From an uncultured Alphaproteobacteria bacterium (GTDB lineage Bacteria; Pseudomonadota; Alphaproteobacteria; Sphingomonadales; Sphingomonadaceae): a DNA stretch of 64,000 nucleotides. The stretch is taken from positions 1,998,360 to 2,062,359 of the forward strand of contig OW818656.1 of NCBI GenBank assembly GCA_942492965.1, read 5' to 3'. Of this stretch, positions 51,966 through 61,463 are shown piece after piece (positions within the stretch are counted from its first letter, which is position 1; each line of letters opens with the position of its first letter). The position numbers were made by a program, and so were the translations under genes. A model generated the notes under the pieces. The model was not told where the DNA came from and searched no databases. It worked only from the letters and a program-made list of their open reading frames with translations.

Positions 51966-53147
51966 ATGGAATATGACCCTTTTTCCGACGCGGCGATGCG
52001 CGATCCGCACGCGCTTTACGATGCGCTGCGGAAGAACGACGGGCCGTATTTCATTGAAAAATACAATGCATGGGCGCTCGTCCATTTCGACGACATCTGG
52101 AAGGTCAGCGTCGAGCACGAGGCCGATATCACGTTCACGGCGGGGCAGCCGCTGACGAATGTTTTGCTCGGTGAACCGGTGCCCCACGCCTTTCCCAGCA
52201 TGGACCTTCGGGACCATCGCAAGTGGCGGCGCATTGTCCATGCCGACTACACGAAGTCGAATGTGGAACAGGACCGCGAGCGGATTACTGCACTGGCGCG
52301 CGCGCTGTTGCAGCCGTTGGCGGAAAAAGGCGCCTTTGATTTCTACACGGATTACGTGAACCGGCTGTTCGCGATCAACGCCGGTTATAACCTCGGGCTT
52401 TCGCCGGAGGATTCGATCGCGTGGCGGGCGCTGATCGATGAAACCATGCACCGCGAGAAGGGGCAGGTCGGCACCTCCTCGGCGCGCAATCAGGCCGCCG
52501 CTGCCACGCTGTTTCAGCGGCTGCACGCCTATGTCGCGAAACTCCGGGATCAGCCGGAGCTGGCGGGTGGCCATATCCGGAAATATCTTGAGGCGGAGGT
52601 CGAAGGGCGCCGTCTCGATGATCAGGATATCGTGAGCATCCTCGTCATCTTCCTGACCGTTGGGTCGGGCACTACGCCCAACGTCTGTGCCGGCGCCGTC
52701 TATTATCTGGCGCAGCATCCCGCGCAGCAGCAGGCCGTGCTAGACGATCTGACGCTGACGCTGCGCGCTTATTTCGAGGCCGCGCGCTACGATCAGCCGA
52801 CGAACATCCTGTGCCGCCGCGCGACCAGCGATTTTTCGGTCAGCGGCCGGCAGATCAAGGCCGGCCAGAACCTGCTGATGGTCTATGCATCCGGCAACCG
52901 CGACGAGGCGGAGTTCGAGCGCGCCGGCGAATTCGATATCTTCCGGTCCTACAAGCGCGATCTGACCTACGGCATCGGCGGCCATAAATGCCTGGGGATG
53001 CATCTCGCCACCATGGCGGGGACCATCGCGCTCGAAGAGTTTTTCAAGGTTTCAGGGCGCTACACCGTCGATACGGCGCGCTGCACACGGGCTTACGGGG
53101 AATTTCTGTCGGGCTTCGACCATGTGCCCGTGCAACTCGGCGCGTAG
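51966..53147 (+). CDS. Cytochrome P450 monooxygenase
   Basis: Heme-thiolate loop YGIGGHKCLGMHLA, I-helix GSGTT, ExxR region. Confidence 0.9.
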   Translation: MEYDPFSDAAMRDPHALYDALRKNDGPYFIEKYNAWALVHFDDIWKVSVEHEADITFTAGQPLTNVLLGEPVPHAFPSMDLRDHRKWRRIVHADYTKSNVEQDRERITALARALLQPLAEKGAFDFYTDYVNRLFAINAGYNLGLSPEDSIAWRALIDETMHREKGQVGTSSARNQAAAATLFQRLHAYVAKLRDQPELAGGHIRKYLEAEVEGRRLDDQDIVSILVIFLTVGSGTTPNVCAGAVYYLAQHPAQQQAVLDDLTLTLRAYFEAARYDQPTNILCRRATSDFSVSGRQIKAGQNLLMVYASGNRDEAEFERAGEFDIFRSYKRDLTYGIGGHKCLGMHLATMAGTIALEEFFKVSGRYTVDTARCTRAYGEFLSGFDHVPVQLGA

Positions 53148-53180
53148 GCCGGAAACCGCCCCCAATTCAGGAGTAATCTC

Positions 53181-54152
53181 ATGTCCATTCGCAGCCTGGG
53201 ATATGTCGGCTTCGGCGCGCCGGACCCAAGGGTCTGGCTCGATTATGCCACCAAAATCATCGGCTTGATGCCGGCGCGCGCCTGCGCGGGCGAAGATTGG
53301 GGCATACCCGCGATTCCGGGGGCGGGCCCGAAGAGCGGCGGCAGCGGTATCGCCGACGACGGCAGCATCTATCTGAAGATGGATGAGTGGCAGTGGCGTA
53401 TCGCCGTCCACCCCGATGAGGAAAACCGGGGAATCAAGTATCTGGGATTCGAGGTGGAGGATCAGGCCGACCTTGAGGCCCATGTCGAAAGGTTGCGGTC
53501 CGCCGGCTTCGCGGCCGAAATGGGAACCGCGGCGCAGGCCCGGCAGCGCGCCGTGACCGCGATTGCCCACACCGCCGATCCCTGCGGCAATGCGATCGAG
53601 CTGTTCCACGGTCCGATCGTCGACAGAAAGTTCGCGTCGCCGCTTGGCATGGAATTCCTCGCCGGTGCGCTCGGGATCGGTCACGTCAATTTGCTGGCGT
53701 CGCGCCACCTTGAGGCCGCGCAGGAATTCTACACGCGCGTCCTCGGCTTCAGCCTGGTCGATTATATCCATTTCGGCAGCGGCAATTCCGCCAATTTCTA
53801 TGGCTGCAACGCGCGCCACCATTCGATCGGCCTGCTGAAGGTCGGTGATGTGCGAGGCGTCCACCACATGATGATCGAGGTGACCGAAGTCGATATGGTG
53901 CTTCAGTGCCTCGAACGGGTCACAGACGCGGGCATCGAGATCACCTCGACGCTCGGGCGTCATGTCAACGACAACATGCTGTCCTTCTACATGCGCTCGC
54001 CTTTCGGTTTCGAGGTGGAGATCGGCTTTGGCGGGCGGATGATCGACGACAGCTGGACACCCAATCAGTTCGTCGAGGGCGACATCTGGGGGCATCGCGG
54101 CCTGGACCCCGAGACGATCGAGAAGAATCTCGCCTCGGCGCCGCGCGGATAG
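53181..54152 (+). CDS. Type-I extradiol ring-cleavage dioxygenase (two-domain VOC, BphC/HsaC-like)
   Basis: GYVGFG.., GIGHVNLL, HHSIGLL, HHMMIEV, and SFYMRSPFGFEVEIG with the iron-ligand pattern. AGGAG precedes the ATG. Confidence 0.85.
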   Translation: MSIRSLGYVGFGAPDPRVWLDYATKIIGLMPARACAGEDWGIPAIPGAGPKSGGSGIADDGSIYLKMDEWQWRIAVHPDEENRGIKYLGFEVEDQADLEAHVERLRSAGFAAEMGTAAQARQRAVTAIAHTADPCGNAIELFHGPIVDRKFASPLGMEFLAGALGIGHVNLLASRHLEAAQEFYTRVLGFSLVDYIHFGSGNSANFYGCNARHHSIGLLKVGDVRGVHHMMIEVTEVDMVLQCLERVTDAGIEITSTLGRHVNDNMLSFYMRSPFGFEVEIGFGGRMIDDSWTPNQFVEGDIWGHRGLDPETIEKNLASAPRG

Positions 54153-54161
54153 GAGGATTTC

Positions 54162-54572
54162 ATGACCGCCAAACTCGCCTGCGACCAGATCGACGTCGGC
54201 ATCGTTTCGGCTGCGATCGAGGGTCCGCTGCGCTTCTATCACGAGCTTCTGGGCTTCCCGCTCGCCGGCAGAGTAGAGATTCCAAATGTCGGCCAGATCA
54301 CGCGCATCCAGATCGGCAACAGCGTCCTGCGCGTCCTCATTCCGGTCAAGCCGCCAGCGCCGGCCGCACGGGGTGACGTTTTTTCCGACCGTGTCGGCAT
54401 CGGCTATGTGGCGCTGAAAATCTCCAACCTCTCGGAAACGGTGCATCGTGTCGTGGGCGCGGGTTATATCGTCAGCGTGCCGATCCGGACGCTTCGCCCC
54501 GGCGTGCGCGTCGCGCTGGTCGAGGATGCCGACGGCAACACCGTTGAACTGATGGAGCAGGACGCAGCGTGA
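54162..54572 (+). CDS. Single-module VOC/glyoxalase-family protein
   Basis: FYHELLGFPL... and DADGNTVELMEQ are typical VOC ends. Confidence 0.7.
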   Translation: MTAKLACDQIDVGIVSAAIEGPLRFYHELLGFPLAGRVEIPNVGQITRIQIGNSVLRVLIPVKPPAPAARGDVFSDRVGIGYVALKISNLSETVHRVVGAGYIVSVPIRTLRPGVRVALVEDADGNTVELMEQDAA

Positions 54573-55759
54573 ATTTCTCATTTGCCGAAGAAGAGCTGGC
54601 GTTCCTCGAGCGGTTCCAGACCTATCTGGAAGGTGAGAAGCAGCGACCCGACGCGAACATCGTGTTCGCGCCGTGGCGGGAAACCGATTCCTGGCTCGTC
54701 GATTCGCCCGAGCGCCGCGAGTTCATGAAGCGGCTGGCCGAAGCCGGTTATATCGGCATGTCCTGGGCGCGCGAATATGGCGGACGGGAAATGCCCGGCG
54801 TATATGATTATCTACTCAACGAGGAGCTTTCGAGCCAGGGCGCGCCGATCATCGGCAAGGGCGTCGGCTGCATCGGCAAGACGATCATCGCCCACGGATC
54901 GGACCGGCTAAAGCAGGAATTCCTGCCTCAGATCCTTGCCGCCGATATCGAATTCGCTCTCGGCTATTCGGAGCCCGGTGCCGGCTCCGACCTCGCCGCG
55001 CTGAAGCTGCGCGCCGAACGCCGCGGCGATCGCTGGGTTCTGAACGGGCAGAAGATGTGGACCACGTCCGCCCATTTCGCGGATTGGTACTGGGTGGCGG
55101 CGCGTACCGACACGGACGCGCCCAAGCACAAGGGCATCAGCGTGTTTCTGGTCCCCATGGATCATCCGGGGCTGACGATCACCGAAATCAAGACGATGGG
55201 CGACCACCGCACCAATCAGGTCTTCTTCGATGATGTCGACGTGCCGAACGACTATCTGGTCGGCGAAGAAAATGCCGGCTGGCAGTACGTATGCGAAGCA
55301 CTCGATTACGAACGCTTCGCGCTTTACACGGTCGGGCCACTGTTGCTGCGATTCCAGGCGCTGGTGGAATTGCTGAAGCTGACCCACAGGGACGGCGTGC
55401 CGCTGGCGAGCGCCCCGGCCGTCCGGTCGCAGGTCGCAGACATCGCCTGCGACGTTGAAACCGCCAAGATGCTGCAACGGCGCGTGATCGCCCGGGCGAT
55501 CAAGGGCGAGGTGCCGACAGTCGAGGCGGCGATGTATAAATATTACAGCACGCAGCTCGGCCGACGGATCGCCAATTATGCGATCGATTGCCTGGGTCCC
55601 CTCGGGCTCTTGAAGGCCGGCGCACCGCACGCGCCGTTCGGGGGCAAGTGGGAAATGTCGGACCGGGCCACGGTCGTCGATACGATCGGCGGCGGCTCGT
55701 CCGAAGTGCAGAAGAATATCGTGGCCCGGCGCGGGCTGGGGCTGATGGTCGGAGCATAA
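54569..55759 (+). CDS. Acyl-CoA dehydrogenase (first of adjacent pair)
   Basis: GYSEPGAGSDLAAL, KMWTTSAH and IGGGSSEVQKNI motifs. 4-nt overlap with the upstream VOC gene. Confidence 0.85.
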   Translation: MNFSFAEEELAFLERFQTYLEGEKQRPDANIVFAPWRETDSWLVDSPERREFMKRLAEAGYIGMSWAREYGGREMPGVYDYLLNEELSSQGAPIIGKGVGCIGKTIIAHGSDRLKQEFLPQILAADIEFALGYSEPGAGSDLAALKLRAERRGDRWVLNGQKMWTTSAHFADWYWVAARTDTDAPKHKGISVFLVPMDHPGLTITEIKTMGDHRTNQVFFDDVDVPNDYLVGEENAGWQYVCEALDYERFALYTVGPLLLRFQALVELLKLTHRDGVPLASAPAVRSQVADIACDVETAKMLQRRVIARAIKGEVPTVEAAMYKYYSTQLGRRIANYAIDCLGPLGLLKAGAPHAPFGGKWEMSDRATVVDTIGGGSSEVQKNIVARRGLGLMVGA

Positions 55760-55761
55760 AG

Positions 55762-56862
55762 ATGGATCTCGATCTGAACGAAGAGCAGCAATTGCTGTGC
55801 GATACGGTTCGGCGGATTTGCGAAGCGACCTTCGATGCCGGGAAGGTCCGCGCGCTCGAAGCCGAAGACGACAAATTGAACCGCCCGTTCTGGACGGAGC
55901 TTGGCGCGGCGGGGCTGTGCGGACTTCGCATCGCCGAAGCCCATGGCGGCGCCGCGATGAGTGCGCTCGATCTCGCGCTGGTCAGCGAGGAGTTCGGCCG
56001 TGCGCTCGCGTCGTCCCCCTTCCTGTCCAGTTGCATCCTTTCGGCCCGCATCCTGGCGTCGCTGGCGCCGGTCGACGTGCAGGATGAATATCTGCACGCC
56101 ATCGCGGCAGGCGCGCGGATCGTGATTCCCGCGTGGCAGGGGAATGACCTTGGTGCCGACACCGCGCGGGCCTCGATCGATGCCGCGCGCGCCACGCTTT
56201 CCGGGGAAATGTTGCTCGTTCCCTTCGCCAGCGTCGCCGATCTGTTCCTTGTCCACGCGTGTGGTGAGGGCGGTGGATGCTGGACGCTGATACCGGCGGA
56301 CGCCGGCGGCGTTTCCATCAAGGCGCAGCCCAACTATGCCTCGCAGGCGCTGTTTGCCGTCCGTTTCGATGATGTCGAAATCGATCCGGTGCGCAGCTTC
56401 CCCGATGGGGAGACGCCTGGTGCGGACGCCGCCGTCTTCGGCGATGTTCTGATCGCGGTCGCGGCGGAAGCGGTGGGTGCGGCGGACCGGCTGCTCGCGC
56501 TGACGGCGGATTACGCCAACCAGCGCCAACAGTTCGGCCGGCCGATCGCAGGCTTCCAGGCCGTGTCGCATCCGCTGGCGGAGTGCGCCACAGAGCTGGA
56601 GGGCGCGCGCTATCTGGTCTATCAGGCGGCGTGGGCGAAGGATGGCGGTATGCCGCACCACCACCTCGCGCAGATGGCGAAGCTGAAGGCGACGTCGCTG
56701 TTCCGCCGGCTGGCGACGGTGAGCGTTCAGGTCCATGGCGGCATCGGCTATTCGACCGAAGCCGAGCCGCAGCTTTTCTACCGCCGATCGAAATTTCACG
56801 AACTGATGTACGGGACACCGGCGGAACTCAGGGCGCGGATATCCGATCATGTCTTCGCGTGA
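55762..56862 (+). CDS. Acyl-CoA dehydrogenase-family protein (second of adjacent pair)
   Basis: MDLDLNEEQQLL.. and QVHGGIGYSTEAEPQLFYRRSK. Starts 2 nt after the previous stop. The arrangement resembles heteromeric steroid FadE pairs. Confidence 0.8.
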   Translation: MDLDLNEEQQLLCDTVRRICEATFDAGKVRALEAEDDKLNRPFWTELGAAGLCGLRIAEAHGGAAMSALDLALVSEEFGRALASSPFLSSCILSARILASLAPVDVQDEYLHAIAAGARIVIPAWQGNDLGADTARASIDAARATLSGEMLLVPFASVADLFLVHACGEGGGCWTLIPADAGGVSIKAQPNYASQALFAVRFDDVEIDPVRSFPDGETPGADAAVFGDVLIAVAAEAVGAADRLLALTADYANQRQQFGRPIAGFQAVSHPLAECATELEGARYLVYQAAWAKDGGMPHHHLAQMAKLKATSLFRRLATVSVQVHGGIGYSTEAEPQLFYRRSKFHELMYGTPAELRARISDHVFA

Positions 56863-56877
56863 TCGGCGGCCGGTGAG

Positions 56878-57411
56878 ATGAACCGGGAAACCGGCCCTGA
56901 CGATGCGCTGGACGCGGCTGTCGCCCGGTTCATCGGCAAGCCCCAATATGTGTCGGACCTCGGCATTGCGGCCAACGCGCTGTCGGTGCGCGCCATGTGC
57001 GCGGCAGTCGAGGATGCCAGCGCTGTGCACTGGAACGAGGCGGAGGCTGTCGCCCTACTGGGCGCACCTTATGCGCCGGCAACGATGCTGGCCGCCTGGG
57101 GCCGGCCTGAGCTTTGGGAGCCGGGCCAAAGCGAGCCGCTACGGGCGCTGCAGGCGCATTTCGATCTCAAGGACCTGCTTGGGTATCCCGCCTCCGTCGC
57201 GGTGTCGAACAGCCTCATTTTCTACGCGCCCGTGAAGATCGGTGATCGGCTGCGGACACAGCAGGTCGTGCGGGACATCGGCGACATCAAGGACACGAAA
57301 CTGGGGCGGGGCCGCTTCTGGACGGTCGAGATGCAATATCTTGATGAGGCCGGCGATCTGGTCGGGGTCGAGCGCTACGAGTTCTTCGGATTTCGAAAGG
57401 ACGCGCCGTGA
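56878..57411 (+). CDS. MaoC-N-type hotdog protein (ChsH1-like hydratase subunit)
   Basis: Length and C-terminal hotdog pattern (IGDRLRTQQVV..GRGRFWTVEMQY..VERYEFFGF). Confidence 0.65.
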   Translation: MNRETGPDDALDAAVARFIGKPQYVSDLGIAANALSVRAMCAAVEDASAVHWNEAEAVALLGAPYAPATMLAAWGRPELWEPGQSEPLRALQAHFDLKDLLGYPASVAVSNSLIFYAPVKIGDRLRTQQVVRDIGDIKDTKLGRGRFWTVEMQYLDEAGDLVGVERYEFFGFRKDAP

Positions 57412-57887
57412 CGCAGCTGCTGATCGCGGACGTCGCGGCAGGCGCGGCGCTTCCGGCGTTGATCTATGACGTGACCGCGACCCGGCTGATCGCCGGCGCG
57501 CTCGCGAGCCGTGATTATTCGCCGCTCCATCACGACCGTACCTATGTCGTCGATGTGGCGGGGCAGCGCGACATCTTCGCCAACACCCAGTTTCAGGCCG
57601 CGCTCATCGAGCGCTATCTCGGGGATTGGTCCGGCCCGCTGGGGCGGATCGCCCGGATGCAGTTCCGGATGAAGTCGTCGATCTTCGCGGGCGACCGCGT
57701 GCTGCTCGGCGGCGTCGTCGAACAGGTGCATGCCGAAGGGCCTTGCGGTGCCTCGGCGGCGGTCAACATCACCCTGTCGGTGGAGGGCCGGCTCGCGACG
57801 ACGTGCGAGGCGCTATATGCCCTGCCGGCGTCGGCGGGCGACAATCCGTGGGCAAGGCGCGGGATGCAGTGGCTTCAGCCCGATTGA
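57408..57887 (+). CDS. MaoC-like dehydratase hotdog protein (ChsH2-like subunit, without DUF35)
   Basis: YSPLHHDRTYV..GQRDIFANT motif. 4-nt overlap with the preceding hotdog gene. Confidence 0.7.
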   Translation: MTQLLIADVAAGAALPALIYDVTATRLIAGALASRDYSPLHHDRTYVVDVAGQRDIFANTQFQAALIERYLGDWSGPLGRIARMQFRMKSSIFAGDRVLLGGVVEQVHAEGPCGASAAVNITLSVEGRLATTCEALYALPASAGDNPWARRGMQWLQPD

Positions 57888-57898
57888 TCGCGCGCGAC

Positions 57899-57940
57899 TT
57901 TTCTATGCTGTGATGTGAATTTTCTATGCTGTGATGTGAA
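57899..57940. repeat. Perfect 21-bp tandem duplication (2 copies)
   Basis: TTTTCTATGCTGTGATGTGAA x2. Copy 2 (57920-57940) contains the last codons and stop of the minus-strand SDR (..FHITA*). Confidence 0.9.
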
Positions 57941-58697
57941 AGCCACCGTCGATGCCGATATGCTGTCCCGTGATGTACGAGGCCGCGTCGGACAGGAAGA
58001 AGCAGGTCGCAGGCGCGACGTCCTCGGGCGCGGAAAAGCGGCCGAGCGGGATCGCTTCGAGATAGCGGTCGCGAAACTTCTCCTGCCGGATGGTCTCGGT
58101 CATCGCGGTTTCAACCAGGCCATAGCAGACGCTGTTGACGTTGACGTTATAGCGGCCCCATTCGCGCGCCGCGCTCATCGTCAGCCCCAACATGCCGGAT
58201 TTTGCTGCGCCATAGTTGATCTGCCCGAACGTGCCGCGGCGTCCGGCGTCGGATGACACGTTGACGATCGACCCTGGATTCTGATCGCCCTTCTTCGCCT
58301 TGTCGACAAGGAAACGCCCGACGGCCTGCAGGCACAGGAAGGCGCCGGTCAGGTTCACGTCGATAACCGCCTGCCAGTCGGCGCGCCGCATGTCGGTGAT
58401 CATTGCCGCCCTGACGATGCCCGCGTTGTTCAGCAGGCCGTTCACATCGCCGAAGGTCGCGGCGGTTTCCGCCACGACGCCAGCGATGAAATCCTCGGCG
58501 GTGATGTCCCCCGCGAAGCACTGCACCCGCTTCGCGTCCTGCGCGCCGAAGCTCTCGTTGAGCGCCGCCGCGTTGATATCGACAGCGGCGACGCGCGCGC
58601 CCATCAAAAGCGCATGGTCGGCGAGCGCCTTGCCGATGCCCTGCGCGGCGCCGGTGATGATAATGACTTTGTTCTCAAGCGATGCGGGATTGTGCAC
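57924..58697 (-). CDS. Short-chain dehydrogenase/reductase
   Basis: ITGAAQGIGKAL, NNAG, YGAAKSG. GTG 58697 lies 6 nt after GAAGGA. The ORF remains open up to 58763. Confidence 0.8.
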   Translation of the reverse strand: MHNPASLENKVIIITGAAQGIGKALADHALLMGARVAAVDINAAALNESFGAQDAKRVQCFAGDITAEDFIAGVVAETAATFGDVNGLLNNAGIVRAAMITDMRRADWQAVIDVNLTGAFLCLQAVGRFLVDKAKKGDQNPGSIVNVSSDAGRRGTFGQINYGAAKSGMLGLTMSAAREWGRYNVNVNSVCYGLVETAMTETIRQEKFRDRYLEAIPLGRFSAPEDVAPATCFFLSDAASYITGQHIGIDGGFHITA

Positions 58698-58726
58698 GCG
58701 CGTTCCTTCGTGAATGCGATTCGAGA

Positions 58727-59932
58727 TCAGCTGTCCAGCAATCCAAGGATGGAGATGCTGCACACATTATTGTTCGGGAAACCGCCGAGATTGTGGGTCA
58801 GCGCCCTGCGCGGCCGGGAAAGCTGGCGATCCCCGGCCCGGCCGAGCAGCTGGTTGTAGCTCTCGTAGACCATCCGCAGCCCGGAGGCGCCGATCGGGTG
58901 GCCGAAGCATTTGAGGCCGCCGTCGATATTACTCGCGACCTCCCCGTCCGCATCGAATTTTCCCGCGAGCACATCGCGATACCCCTCGCCGGGTTTGGAC
59001 AGCCCCAGATCCTCCATCGTCACCAGTTCGGTGATCGAAAAACAGTCATGCACCTCGACCATGTCGAGTTCGCGCACGGGATCGGCGATGCCGGCTTCGC
59101 GATAGGCCCTGGCGGCGGCGATCCGCGTCGTGTGCGCGTAGCTGCCGTCCCAGCCATTGTGCGACATTTCCGATCCGTTGCTCAGCGACAATTGCATCGA
59201 CTTGACGCTGACGAGATCGCCTGTCCGGCCCAGCCGCTTCGCCATTTCCGGGCTGGCCACGATCGCGCAGGCCGATCCGTCGCTGACGCCGCAGCAGTCG
59301 AACAAACCGAGCGGGTAGGCGATCATCGGCGCGTTGATGATCGCCTCCTTCGAAAGCCGCCGCCGCAGATGCGCCTTGGGGTTCTTGGCGCCGTTCTCGT
59401 GGCTTTTCCACGATACGTGCGCCATCGCTTCCTTCAGCGTATCGAACGTCAGCCCGTGGCGCGTCATATAGGCGCTGGCGAACTGGGCGAACGAGCCCGG
59501 CGCGGTCACGCCCGGCTGCCAAAGGTCGTTGAACGTGCCCCTGCTGCGTTCGGGAAGGCCGCCATAGCCGGTGTCCTTCAGCTTTTCGACGCCGAGCGCG
59601 AGCGCGATGTCGGCCGCGCCGGCCGCGACCGCATAGACGGCGCCACGCAGCGCTTCCGATCCCGTCGCGCAGAGATTTTCCACGCGCGTCGCGGCGATGT
59701 TCGGCAGGCGCAATGTCTGCGACAGCGACAGTGCCGACTTGCCCAGGTTCTGCTCGTCCATCGAAAGGCCGAACCAGGCCGCGTCGATCTGGTCGCGATC
59801 GATGCCGGCATCGGCGATGGCTTCGCGGAACGATTCGGCCATCAGGTCTTCGGCGCTGCAGTCCCATCGTTCGCCGAAGCGCGAACAGCCCATGCCGATG
59901 ATGGCAACCTTGTCCCTTATGCCCTCAGCCAT
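58727..59932 (-). CDS. SCP-x / lipid-transfer-type thiolase
   Basis: VAIIGMGCSRFGE and NLCATGSEAL (nucleophile Cys region), with C-terminal GHPIGASG. An alternative start exists at 59956. Confidence 0.85.
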   Translation of the reverse strand: MAEGIRDKVAIIGMGCSRFGERWDCSAEDLMAESFREAIADAGIDRDQIDAAWFGLSMDEQNLGKSALSLSQTLRLPNIAATRVENLCATGSEALRGAVYAVAAGAADIALALGVEKLKDTGYGGLPERSRGTFNDLWQPGVTAPGSFAQFASAYMTRHGLTFDTLKEAMAHVSWKSHENGAKNPKAHLRRRLSKEAIINAPMIAYPLGLFDCCGVSDGSACAIVASPEMAKRLGRTGDLVSVKSMQLSLSNGSEMSHNGWDGSYAHTTRIAAARAYREAGIADPVRELDMVEVHDCFSITELVTMEDLGLSKPGEGYRDVLAGKFDADGEVASNIDGGLKCFGHPIGASGLRMVYESYNQLLGRAGDRQLSRPRRALTHNLGGFPNNNVCSISILGLLDS

Positions 59933-61391
59933 GCGCTGTTCCTTCTTCTTCTCCATGCACGGGTGCGGCTTTCCAGAAATATCGATGGAACTGCCGCTTG
60001 GGATCTTTTTCCTTGATACGGAAAACGAAGCGGACGGGCAGGCCGACGCGCAACTGGCCCGGTTCGAAATCGGTGAATTCCATCATGATGACGCCGCCGT
60101 CGTCGAAGGTGACATTGCCGTACATCAGCGGCGGATTGGCGGAGACGGCCAGCCAGTCCTCGGTGTAGGATTTGACCGTGGCGACCTTGTGCTCGAAGGG
60201 TTCGTCGATCAGCGTGTCGAACTGCCGGCATTCGGGGTTGACGCAGCAACGGCCCTTGGGAAATTGCCGTGTCCCGCACGCCGTGCACAGGCCGCCCACG
60301 AAGCCCGTCGCCGTCTTGCGATGACGATTGAATGCGGACAGCGCCGTCCGGTTGTCGCGCTCGGCGCGGATACCCCAGTCGATGTCGATCTGGTCGTTGA
60401 ACGACAGGAAGCGCAGATAATTGTCATCGTCGACGCCCCCGTCCAGCTGACTGCGGATCGAACGAACGGGCGCCTGCTTGCCGACCGCATCCGTGGTTTC
60501 GAACAGCAGCGCCTGGGCGCCCTGCGCGATGTTCACCAGCAGGATTGTCTCGCCGGGCGCGGCCGTCTCCAGCGCGTGGCACAGCAGCAGCAGCGCGTGC
60601 GCTGAGCCTGTGTCACCGCATCCGGCCTCGAGCACATCGACGAGCCGCGCCTCGGGAATACCGCTCAGTCCCGCGATCTGGCGCGCGGCGGCGCGGCCCG
60701 CCCCTGCGAGCACGAGATGGTCGATATCGTCGGCGCCCAGATTGGCGGCGGCGAGAATCGCCGCGATTGCCGGCGGTGCGGCCTTCATCTGCCCCTCGTC
60801 GCGCACCCAGCGCTCTTCGAGGAGATAATCGGTTTGCGCCCCCGCTGTGCGGTAATGGTCGACGAAGTCGGTCGCGCTCGAATGCGCGGCAAGGACGCGC
60901 GCGATGACATTGTCGGTGCCGGTCGTCACCGCCGCCGCGCCGTGACCGAGCGACAATTCCTGCACGGACGCTGCCTTCGCCAGCCGCTTTTCGGAAGCGA
61001 CCGTCAGCGCCGGCCGTTCGCATTCCAGTGCATTGATCAAAGCGGTCACGCCGCAGCCGAGGAAGCCGGTCACGTCGCTGCAGCGGACATCGGCGGGTCG
61101 GCCGAGCGCTTCGTTCAGGATCACCGAATTGGCGCGGTCGGCGAAGGGCGCCGTGGTGCTGGCGAACTGGATGAGGCCAAGCGGCGTGTCATCCGCGCCC
61201 GCCAGGCAAAAACGGCTCGCCTCGACCGCCATCGTCAGGCTGTCCTCGTCATGCGAACAGATGGTACGGTGGCCCTTGCCATGCGCCGCCAGTGCGGGAT
61301 TGGCCCATTTGCCCGCATCGACGACCGCCTTGCGCAGGAGCCGCCGCCTCGGGAGATAGCCCGCGATCGAGGTGATACCGGTTCTGAACAT
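59925..61391 (-). CDS. HMG-CoA-synthase/KAS-III-like domain fused to a C-terminal DUF35 Zn-ribbon/OB fold
   Basis: N-terminal ~340 aa is thiolase-superfamily condensing-enzyme-like. The C-terminus carries CTACGTRQFPKGRCCVNPEC plus an OB-like tail. Confidence 0.7.
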   Translation of the reverse strand: MFRTGITSIAGYLPRRRLLRKAVVDAGKWANPALAAHGKGHRTICSHDEDSLTMAVEASRFCLAGADDTPLGLIQFASTTAPFADRANSVILNEALGRPADVRCSDVTGFLGCGVTALINALECERPALTVASEKRLAKAASVQELSLGHGAAAVTTGTDNVIARVLAAHSSATDFVDHYRTAGAQTDYLLEERWVRDEGQMKAAPPAIAAILAAANLGADDIDHLVLAGAGRAAARQIAGLSGIPEARLVDVLEAGCGDTGSAHALLLLCHALETAAPGETILLVNIAQGAQALLFETTDAVGKQAPVRSIRSQLDGGVDDDNYLRFLSFNDQIDIDWGIRAERDNRTALSAFNRHRKTATGFVGGLCTACGTRQFPKGRCCVNPECRQFDTLIDEPFEHKVATVKSYTEDWLAVSANPPLMYGNVTFDDGGVIMMEFTDFEPGQLRVGLPVRFVFRIKEKDPKRQFHRYFWKAAPVHGEEEGTAHG

Positions 61392-61463
61392 TTTCTCTCC
61401 GCTCTGTCACCCGGCCGCAGGCCGGGCGGTGCGCCGCTGCCAGCCTGCCTAGGAACGCGGGCG

